The notes beneath the pieces are model-generated. The model was not told the DNA's origin, searched no databases, and saw only the letters and a list, made by a program, of their open reading frames with translations. Below, piece after piece: positions 39,453-49,800 of a stretch of 64,000 nucleotides of DNA. This DNA is from a virus (lineage: Duplodnaviria; Caudoviricetes): IMG/VR virus record IMGVR_UViG_3300028797_000093; one strand, written 5' to 3'. Every line of letters starts with the position of its first letter. Position 1 is the first letter of the stretch. The translations under genes and the position numbers were made by a program.

Positions 39453-39542
39453 CAGAAAGAGGATGTTTAACTAATTTTATGATATGCAATTAAAAAATAA
39501 AATAGGATGGAGAGATATTATTCTCTCCATCCTATTAAATGT

Positions 39543-40397
39543 TTACAGGTTGAAAGCCTTGTTCTGAGCTACATCCTGAGCTTCAGGAGCAGGCTGAACA
39601 GGGGCTGCCTGAGGAGCAGGAGCTGCTACAGGCTGAGGAATCACACCAGGAGCAGGAGCATTCGCTACGAAAGGATTGGCCTGCACAGGTGCTGCATAAG
39701 CCTGGGGTGCAGCATACTGCTGAGGGGGATACTGATAAACTACCTGAGGCTGGGGCTGCGGATAAGCATAACCAGCTACAGGCTGCTGGGGATAGGCATA
39801 GCCGACAGGCTGGCCATAATAAGGCTGAGCAGTCAGGCTGCCAAGAAGACCCCAGTTGTTCTGCATGTAGGTGTTCCCTGCATACACACCGCCCGCATTC
39901 TCAACATTCGCATAACGCTGGAAGTTGCGAACAGAACGATCGTACATTACAGGAAGCATATTCAGCAGAGGCATGAACTGGAAGTATGCACTGGCCAGTT
40001 CCGCAGGGATATCGAGGTTGACCGTCTTGCAGGTCTGCAGAATGTCATTGACAGTCTTGAGTGCAGCCTTGACATCTTCAACGGTACCGTCGAACATAGT
40101 GAACTGTGCACCACAGATAGAGCACTTATAGTCTTCCCTGATCAGATTTCCATCCCTGTCATAAACAGGAACCTTGGTCAGAGTGGAAGCACCATTGTGC
40201 TTATGAGTGCACTGAGCCCTCCAGATATCCTTCTCATCGACCTTTACAGTCAGTGCATCTTCCTCCTGCCTCAGGGCATTGATCTGCCCATCGGTAAGAG
40301 GCTGAGTGTACTTGGCAGTAGGACGATTCTGATAGAAGGTTGCCTGGGGCTGCGCGAAATAGGGATTTTGCTGTACGCCATAGATGTTGTCTGCCAT
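39543..40397 (-). CDS. hypothetical protein with Zn-binding motif and P/Q/A/Y low-complexity tail, high-GC codons
   Basis: CTH...CSIC; repeats such as GYAYPQQPV and YAAPQA; AGGAGG RBS. Confidence 0.75.
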   Translation of the reverse strand: MADNIYGVQQNPYFAQPQATFYQNRPTAKYTQPLTDGQINALRQEEDALTVKVDEKDIWRAQCTHKHNGASTLTKVPVYDRDGNLIREDYKCSICGAQFTMFDGTVEDVKAALKTVNDILQTCKTVNLDIPAELASAYFQFMPLLNMLPVMYDRSVRNFQRYANVENAGGVYAGNTYMQNNWGLLGSLTAQPYYGQPVGYAYPQQPVAGYAYPQPQPQVVYQYPPQQYAAPQAYAAPVQANPFVANAPAPGVIPQPVAAPAPQAAPVQPAPEAQDVAQNKAFNL

Positions 40398-40565
40398 GGT
40401 TGAGGATCCTCCTTGATTAGATTTGAGTTGTATGCATACTCGATTTTATAATATACTTTTATTTTTTAGTTTAGATGATTATTTTTTACTAAAAACGTGA
40501 AAGTATATTTCTCCTCAGTATTTGATAGTTATAATAATTTTATTTCTAAATATACAATCTTTCAG

Positions 40566-42971
40566 TTAAGTATTATAAACAGTAACTTGAAGTATAGGAA
40601 GCTTCTTCTTAAAAATCTTAATACCAGGACTAATAGAACTTCCATAAGGAATCTCTCTTACAGGAACATCTACTGTCTCTTCTGTATTAACAACTCTAAG
40701 AACTTCTCTATCATTATTATTAATAGCTAGAATAGTTTTGATCTTATCATCTTTTCCAAGCTTAATTACATTAAACCCATTTTTTGCTCTCTTATCTCTA
40801 GGAAGAGCATCTATAGGAACTCTATTAATCTTATTACCGTCTGTAATAACTACTATATCTTTAGTAATAGGACTTATAATAGCTATACCGTCTATCTTAT
40901 CTGTATTCATTGATTTCATACCCCTACTATTTCTCTTCTGAGTAGGAATATCATTAATACTGAGTCTTATAGCTTTATGATCAGAATAGATAATAGTGTC
41001 TACTCCAGCTGAAGATAGAAATACACGCTCTACTCTATCATTTTGATCTACCTTAGAATATACAAGTCCAGATCCAGTAATATTAAGTAATTCTGTTAAT
41101 AGAATCTTCTTTACCATACCAGTTTTTGTAATTACTATGATATAAGTAGACTCATTAGTCTGATTTTGTTTATCTAGTACTCTAATATTCTCTTCAGATT
41201 GTACACCAACAATAGTAGAGATCATTCCTTTAGCAAGAATCTTCACATCAATACCATCATTAGCTTTATCAGATAGAGGAATATTGTTTACTGGAATCTT
41301 ATAAGCTTTACCAATATCATCAAATAGAATTAGATTATCTCTATTATCAATCTTAATAAAAGATTTTGCAGATTCGTTTCTATTAAGTTTTACATTAACC
41401 CCTTCAGGGAATTTCTTGATAATATTTTTATCTGTAGTAATAATAGTCATCATACCTGCAGGTACATCATCTGATACTTTATTAGCCCTAATTAGTTTAC
41501 AAGTTCTAGGTGTATTATACTTATTCTTAATATATAAAAGTTCCTCTCTGATCTCTTGATCAATATAAGAGTCATTAGAGAGTTTCTTCATAACTTCTTT
41601 CATTTCACTATTTAATTCTTTAGCTTCTTCTTTATATTTATTTAGATAACCAATAGATAGTTTCTTTGTATTTACATTGATAATATAAGAAGCTTGTAAA
41701 TCAGTGATCTTAAACTTCTTGATCAACCACTCTGTAAGCCCTTCATCATCAATAGTTTTCTGAGACATTATTTTCTTCAATACAGTATCAATTTCTCCAG
41801 ATTCTAGAATCTTAATATAAGCTTCTTTCTCATGAAGTTTAGTCTGAATCTGTTGGAGCATATTAGAATAAATTCTGAACTTTGTCATTCTTCTGAAATC
41901 TATCCAGCTGAGAATATATCCTTTATAAGATAATCTAATAGGTTCCAGTCCATTAAGAACTAAGAAGTTCTCTCTAATTCTATCTTCTAATTTAGTATTC
42001 TTATATAGTACTTCTCTCACATACTCTGCATTACTACCAGGCTTTAGTACTATTACATATCTTAGTTGTTCTTTTCCATTAGGGCCAAGAGAAGATTCAT
42101 CAAAACAGTTCTCTATCTGAACTAACTTCTTCTTGGCTACAAGATTCTCTATATCATCTGTAATACTATTGAGATATAGAAGGTCATGAGTACTCTTAAT
42201 AACAAGAGCTTTCTTACCCTTATAATCTTCAATATCAATTCTAGATCTTATTTTATAATATCCAAATCCAAGATCACACAGAGACTTCCAGTCAGTATCA
42301 TCTACTATATAACACTCTTGACAGTGATCAGGAATAAGAATAATTTCACTATTTGGATTATCCATTAACTGTAGAGTAGCATCAATTACTTCACCAAGAT
42401 TATGAGAACTAATCTCACACTTAGTTCCAACTGCGATACCAAAACATCCATTAACCAACAGAATAGGAACCTTACAAGGAAGATATTCTGGCTCCATATA
42501 TCTTCCATCATAATTCTCGGTATAATCAATACAGTTCTGACTTTTCACTATATCATCTATATAAATATCATAAGCAAATTGTGTTAATCCAGCTTCTGTA
42601 TATCTTTGATTTGAAGCTTCATCAGGACCTCCCTGAGGAGATCCCATATTACCCTGACTCATTATCAAGGGAACTTTACAACTATACCAAGATCCCATAG
42701 TTAACATAGCACTATAAACGCCAGTATCACCATTAGGATGATACTTCTTCATAACGTCTCCTATGACTGCAGAAGACTTAACTTTTCTATCAGGAGATCC
42801 AGGATACACTTTAGTATCCTTATACATACAATAGACTATTCTTCTATTTACACATTTTAACCCATCCCTGATCCCAGGGAGTACTCTTTTATATGTAATA
42901 TAAACTGCATATCTTTGATAATCTGAAATAAAAGTTTCACCAGCATTTTTATTAATTATATTCTCGGCCAT
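40566..42971 (-). CDS. gyrA: type IIA topoisomerase (gyrase) subunit A with beta-pinwheel CTD
   Basis: RDGLK.V.RR, KYHPNGD, catalytic RYTE, LLVNG..GIAVG, GyrA-box-like QKRNSRG. Confidence 0.9.
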   Translation of the reverse strand: MAENIINKNAGETFISDYQRYAVYITYKRVLPGIRDGLKCVNRRIVYCMYKDTKVYPGSPDRKVKSSAVIGDVMKKYHPNGDTGVYSAMLTMGSWYSCKVPLIMSQGNMGSPQGGPDEASNQRYTEAGLTQFAYDIYIDDIVKSQNCIDYTENYDGRYMEPEYLPCKVPILLVNGCFGIAVGTKCEISSHNLGEVIDATLQLMDNPNSEIILIPDHCQECYIVDDTDWKSLCDLGFGYYKIRSRIDIEDYKGKKALVIKSTHDLLYLNSITDDIENLVAKKKLVQIENCFDESSLGPNGKEQLRYVIVLKPGSNAEYVREVLYKNTKLEDRIRENFLVLNGLEPIRLSYKGYILSWIDFRRMTKFRIYSNMLQQIQTKLHEKEAYIKILESGEIDTVLKKIMSQKTIDDEGLTEWLIKKFKITDLQASYIINVNTKKLSIGYLNKYKEEAKELNSEMKEVMKKLSNDSYIDQEIREELLYIKNKYNTPRTCKLIRANKVSDDVPAGMMTIITTDKNIIKKFPEGVNVKLNRNESAKSFIKIDNRDNLILFDDIGKAYKIPVNNIPLSDKANDGIDVKILAKGMISTIVGVQSEENIRVLDKQNQTNESTYIIVITKTGMVKKILLTELLNITGSGLVYSKVDQNDRVERVFLSSAGVDTIIYSDHKAIRLSINDIPTQKRNSRGMKSMNTDKIDGIAIISPITKDIVVITDGNKINRVPIDALPRDKRAKNGFNVIKLGKDDKIKTILAINNNDREVLRVVNTEETVDVPVREIPYGSSISPGIKIFKKKLPILQVTVYNT

Positions 42972-43093
42972 AAAAAGTAACTCCTCTTATTCTCAGATTG
43001 ATTATTTTTAAGTTATTTAAGATATATTATGTAATTAAATATAAATATAAATGGGTGATAGAGCACTAAACTCTATCACCCATATAGTTTGTT

Positions 43094-43726
43094 TTAGCTA
43101 TGAAGAGCAACAGTCAGTACATCAGTAGCAGAAATATTGTCACCAATGGCATGGACATTAGTTACAATAAAACTGTCACCTTCTGCAGCATCACCAGTGA
43201 TGGTAATAGCATAATCAGTAAGATCAACAATCTTATCATTGAGCATCCATACCAGATCTTCGTCAGCAGTAGCTGCAGTGAAGAGCCAGCTTCCACTCTT
43301 GTTTCCAATAGCATCAGCAAAATCCTCATCATCTACAGAGACAGAGACATCAGCAGTCACGATACCAGAGTCGTCTACAGTTACAGTATCACTGGAATCA
43401 CCATAGACGAGCAGAAGCTTGACAAGATTATCAATTTCATCAGGGCGTACTACATCAGGGAGACTATGATAGAAACCCTCATCTAGGCACTGGCAGTACT
43501 GATCAGGGCTACTACCATCAGAGCACTCCACAGAATTAAAAGCTTTATTGCTCAGAGTTGCAGAAGCACCGCTAGAATTACGATAAGTGATATCATACTT
43601 AGTGGCTCCATTAGCAATCAGCTCCATTGGAACCTCTTCACTATAAGCTTTAATGAAAGTTACTTTATATTTTCCATCGGGCTGTTTCCAGCATAGAATC
43701 TTCTGTAGTGGCATAAAAAAAGACAT
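43094..43726 (-). CDS. probable virion protein sharing a beta module with the 2509-aa protein
   Basis: AACA-N6-TA at 43775-43786; module FADAIGNKSGSWLF...W...DLTDYAITITGDAAEGDSFIV. Confidence 0.6.
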   Translation of the reverse strand: MSFFMPLQKILCWKQPDGKYKVTFIKAYSEEVPMELIANGATKYDITYRNSSGASATLSNKAFNSVECSDGSSPDQYCQCLDEGFYHSLPDVVRPDEIDNLVKLLLVYGDSSDTVTVDDSGIVTADVSVSVDDEDFADAIGNKSGSWLFTAATADEDLVWMLNDKIVDLTDYAITITGDAAEGDSFIVTNVHAIGDNISATDVLTVALHS

Positions 43727-43805
43727 ATCAACATTTTCCTTTCTTTAATTACATGATTTAATAGAATTAGACTCTATTTAAATGTTAAAATCAATCTTAT
43801 ATAAA

Positions 43806-46800
43806 CTATTTTACCATCATTAATTCGCTAGAACCATATAATGCATAAACACCCTCACTAATATAGTTCCATTCGGTACCATAATTAGTTGTGGTTAGAT
43901 CAATTTCTTCATCTGGATTATAGATTGCACTCGGAACCCTAATATAAAGTCCAGAATTACAATCTTTAAACCAAGCATTATCTGCTACAGAACATTTGTC
44001 TATAGATGATACAAATCCAAATTCTACATATGACAAACTGGTACATCCACTGAAGATGAGATTACCAAGATTATTAATACCTATCATGGTACTATTAGGA
44101 GCCTGGAATGCAGCATACAATAGATCTACACAGTTTGCGAATGCACTAGATTCTATTTCATTAATATTATTTGGAATATAAATTTCAACCAATCCAGATC
44201 CAGCAAATGTATTTTCTTTTATGGTTGTAAGATCTACATTGGTAGGAATATGAATAGAAGTAAGGGAAGCGCAACCATAGAAAGCTTTCTCTCCAATATA
44301 AGTAATATTATCAGACAACTCAATATATTCAAGAGCTATACATCCACTAAAACATTCTAATCCAAGATTAGTTATGCTGTTAGGAAGTACAACACTAGTG
44401 AGACTTGTACAACCCTCAAACATAGTTTGAGAAATAGATGTTAAACTATTAGAAATTAATATACTTGCAAGAGATGTACATCCTCTAGCTACACTAATAC
44501 CAATAGCCATTACACTATTAGGAATGGTTAGACTAGTGAGATTGACACAATCTTTAAATGCCCCATCCCCAATAGTTAATACTCCCTTATTAATAGATAT
44601 AGTAGTAGCACTACATCCAGAGAATGAATAATCTCCTATATCATATATATTAATACCTAGACTGATACTATTGATACCGTCTAGATTTCTAAATGCATTA
44701 TCTGTTATACCTTTAACAGGATATACTATATTATTTTGTACATCAAAAATTGTATCTGGAATAGTGATAATACCACTTTCAGGAATAGCACTTAAACCAG
44801 ATCCATTAGTACCATCACCAATAAGATAATAAGTTCCGTCATTACTCAGTGTGTAATTCAACTCTGGAGTTGCATATAGTACACTGATAGGAACAGTGAT
44901 AGTATAATCAAAGTAATCACTGTCTCTATAATTAACAATTATTTCTGTAATGTCAGTAGTCAGTAATTCATTAGCATGATTATATGTATAATCAGTTAAG
45001 TATTCAGAACTACCGTCAGTCCAGTGAATCACAATAACCATACCGGCAGGATCAAATTTCTCTGTTGTATAATAGAGAGTTTTATTTGGTGGTTGAACCA
45101 TTTCCATATAAGATACTCTTTCACCATAAGCTGTAACAGTAAAGTTATCAGTAATACTAAAGATAACAACCTGCCCATTTATGTTATTGTAAGAGTATCC
45201 TCTATCTTTCTCTAAAATAACTCCTGTACTATCTATTCTGATAACAATATCTTCAGGAAGAATACTGCCATTTACAGAATAGAGATAGAAGCTATAATCA
45301 GACTCACCAGGATTAATTACAGTCCTGGCATTAGTAGTAAGATTATGAAGATTGTAGGTTCCAAAAATAACGTCAAATCTATAGTCTTGTAGTACAGGAT
45401 ATACATAAGTATTTGTTGTATCATTAGCATATCTTGTATTACTGGTAAGACCTTCAGATTTAGCAGCTATATTATCATGATAAGAGAATGTAGGAGCTGG
45501 ATTTTCATGTGTATTGTAAGGAACCAGAGTATTTTCAATATAGAATTCTCTAATTAATTTTACTGTAGCTTCAATGAATTTATTATTATTTGCAAATGAG
45601 TCGATATCATCCATATTAATAGCATCATAATCGAATACTGTCAGTTTTTGATTAGATGTTGTAGACATATCGTTATACAACCAATATACAAACTCAGACA
45701 TACCAGATCCATAGTTATTAAGAGTAAGACTATCATCTATATAATAACTTGTACCAGTACTTGCATATCTATGTCTGTATGCTAGTTTTTCGATAATATT
45801 CAGTATATCTTCTTTACTCAATCCGACTTTAATTATATATTTCATAAACTCATCATCCGTAATGGTTTCGAGTTCATTAGAATCTATATAAGTGTCAAAT
45901 CTGGACTGTAAAGTTGATGGAATATATTTTACAATAGAAATATTATTATAAGATATAGTTCCAGTATTATTAGGATCTCTAATGGCTAATCTATCAGGAC
46001 CGATTTTTTCAATCCAAGATTGAGGGATCTTCTTTCCATCAGAGAATACCATATACATCTCACTATTGAAAGTATAATGAAGATCTTTTTTAGCTTCATA
46101 AGATATATCAAATATAACTGTACCATCCTGATACTCTGCTCTTTGTTGAAACTCAACAGTTTGCATAGACATAGGAACAAAAAATACAGCTACATAAGCA
46201 CCTTGAGGAATATCAAAAGTAAAGAATATTTTTCTCTTATAATATGGAGCATTGTAATCATTAGGAATACTTACCCTATACTGATCAGATGATATATATC
46301 TATAATCAGTATGTGTATTACCAGATTTATTTGCTATAAATACTAAGTATCTAGAAGAATCATCACAATACTTAAACAAGTCATTGTTATAAATATCCTC
46401 TAGAACTATACTATTCATATCATTATCTATAGCACCATAATCTCCTGTAGGAGCATAATATTGAAATTGATGATACATAAATCTATTATTGGATACGATA
46501 GTAAGATCTGTATCATATAGACTACTATCTTCCAGTTCTATATTTATATATTCTTGATCAAGCACAAGCATAGAATAATCATTGGCTGTAATCCCATCAA
46601 TTAAATTAGGACCACTGATCAATTTCCAACTTGTACTATTATCAGTGCTAGGTTTAATCTCATTAAACAATGCTTCTTCAGCATCATATACGTCTCTAAT
46701 ACAGAGTAGAATTCTATAAGATGATGCATTGACACTTACACCATTTACATATCCATTATTATTCAAATAATAAAAGTCACCCTTAGCAGCAGCTGGTGTG

Positions 46801-49800
46801 TATATAGTCTTTGCCGCATTAGCACCAGGTTTTAAAATACCTCTATATTTGATTCTATTAATATTATATTTTACATTAAATTCCATAGTAATAGGATAAC
46901 CATTCTCTGATTCAGGATATGTAAACTCGTTATCCTGTCTCATTGCTGTAGTATATAGTCTCATATCCTCATTAAATATTGAAGGATCATATTTCTTATA
47001 TTTAACAGTATTAGAAAAACTTGTTGTATACTCACTGTTGTTTATATTATCAAAGAACATAAACTCTATAGGAGCTTTATTATTACTAAATCTATCAAGA
47101 GAAAGCTGATATCTAAAGATATTAGAATCAATATCACTAAATCTATCAAGGTTATTACCAATATAGAAATTCAAGAACATATTTTCAAAATCCAGCATAT
47201 AAGCATATCTGTTTTTAATAGGAATATCTATATAGTAACTTCCACTAATAAGTTTAGCAATATTATTAATAATATAATCTCTATCATATTCAGCAAATCT
47301 CAAATTGCTAGAGAAAGATTGCTTTAGATATTTATCAAAAATAGATTGGTTATTCAAGAGCATCGTACTGAGTTGATACTCATATAACTTATAATTCTTC
47401 AGTATATCAGAAATCTTATCATTATAAGACTCATATGTATCCATATAAGTATCTTCAACGTAAGACTCGTCTGTTTTAAATGCATCATAATAATTAAACT
47501 TATTAATCAATAGATTCAGTATATATCTAGGAATTCCTACTACGTTGCTATATTCAAAGATAATCTTATCATTACCCTTGATATTCCCAACATATTCAGA
47601 TATATCTGCTCCATAAGAATTGAGAATAATCTCTGCTGCTATTTCTTTATTGTAATAAGTACCATCAGGAAATTCCATACAGTTAACATTAGTTTCATAG
47701 ATTGTAACAAATACAGAATCCATCCATGAAGGTTCATTGGTTGTATTAATCTCTGTAATTATGTAATCTCCATCTACTGGAATAGATCCATTGATATCAA
47801 TACCATAATCACTCAGAGAAGATATTGCTTCATTCTGATAATACCATCCATTATCTGATCCGCTATATCTAAAGATATAAGTACCAGAACTACCATCAAA
47901 CTTCTCAGCAAGAAGATCTTCATTGTAAATCTTAGCATTTATAATACTGGTTTGAGTAATAGTAGCTGTTAAACCAATACCATAATCAACTAAATTTATA
48001 TCTTCTGCTGTTGGTTCTTCTGGGTATATATAACCATCATTAAAATCATCACTATTAGTAGGAACAGCTTTATACATGTTCCACTTGAAAACAGGAGGTT
48101 CATAATATACAATAATAGTATCTCCATTTACAGGAGATCCTTCGTATTCTATAGCAAATCCTTCAAGATTAGCATATTCAAAACTAATCTTATATACAAG
48201 ATCATCACTGATATATCTATAAACAGTTACTGTCCAGTTGTGAGAACTAGAATTGTATACAAATTCAATTCTACCAGGATATTCATGATAAGGATTTACA
48301 TTAGTATAGATAAGATAATTATCATATACTACATTAGTAACGCCATCTACAAGTTTAAGCTGTAGATAATCATTCATAACTGTCTTACAATTAATAGCAT
48401 CTGGATCATAAGTATCCTCAATCATCCCAGTAACAGTTTTGGTAAAGGTGATAGAAAGAGTATTACCAACACTACAGATACCATTAAATTTAATACCATA
48501 AACCTCTTCAACATCAACAGCAGAGCCACCAACTGTCCAAGTTGGATAGGTGCTATTTTTAATAGTTATAACAAAACTATCAGTACCACTATAAGTAATA
48601 CCACACTCAGTAAGAGTAGCATATGTGAGAGATTCATTTACAATCCACTGAGAGCTATCTGTATCATATTCAAATTGATAAGTTCCTACTCTATTACCAA
48701 ATGTGTTATAGAGAAGTTCTTCATCACTTACTGTTACTGTAGCTCCAGTATTTACATAAGTAAGAGATCCACCATTAGTACAAACAAAGTTTGTAATGAT
48801 AGAACCACTTGCTATATTATAATCAAAATTTGAAGTATATTTATTTACATTAATCTGAAGATCAACCTCAGAAAGGTTTACTGTGGTTGAAGAATTTGGA
48901 TATACAGAAATCTCTGTATTAGATAGCTGGACATTATTCATCCTGGCTTCATTTATTACAGTAGCATTCTTATCATAAGTAATAGTCATGATACCAGAAT
49001 AGTCCATATATTCTTTATCTAACTGATATACACCAGTCTTACGAACTACTTTCCCTTCAGTTGGATCATAGTATTCATTAGAATATTCTTTTACATAATA
49101 AGATGAAGTACCTACAGTGAAATAATAAGAATCATGCTCAGTATCAGGAAATACTTCTACTGGAATGAGTAGCTTACCATCACTTGCAGTATAGTCTGGA
49201 ATATTAGCTGCAACTGTTGCATATGTATAATCTGTATAAGCTGTATAGTTTATCTTAGCATTATACTGATAACCTTTAAATCCAACCTCTAGTCCAAGAG
49301 GAGAATCTACATCATCTTTCATTAGATCTGCTACAAACTTAGCAGATCTCATTTTAATACTATCAGGATCAATAGTAGACCCTGGTTTGAGTTCAGAGTC
49401 TATAGTAGTATAGCCATATCTATCATTTCTAGGATTATCTACAATATAAGTAAACTTATATTTACCAATAGCAGATCCTAATGTACTATTAACTTTATCT
49501 GTGAATGTATCATCATTAAAAGACATATTTTTTAGAGTAAGATTTTGTCCTACATAATAAGAATAAATAGAATTGAGAGTACCAAGATCTTTAATCTCAA
49601 AAGTTTGATCATTAATAACAGTCTGATTCATAATAGGGAGTTTACCCCTATTCTTATTATAAATATCATAATGATAAATTTTATTATAGAGATTAAAGAA
49701 AGTGCTTTTATTTACAGGAATTTGAGTTTTTGTATTATTAGTAGAATTATAATAATAACAGTTCAACTCATCAAAGTCATACTGATCCATATCCATAGAA

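Noticed and set aside
32615-40403. Long antisense ORFs 32615-33268 and 39507-40403 (similarly 19235-19801, 52385-52822, 55006-55494)
   Set aside because: Shadows of GC-rich or repetitive genes on the other strand; no RBS or promoter support.
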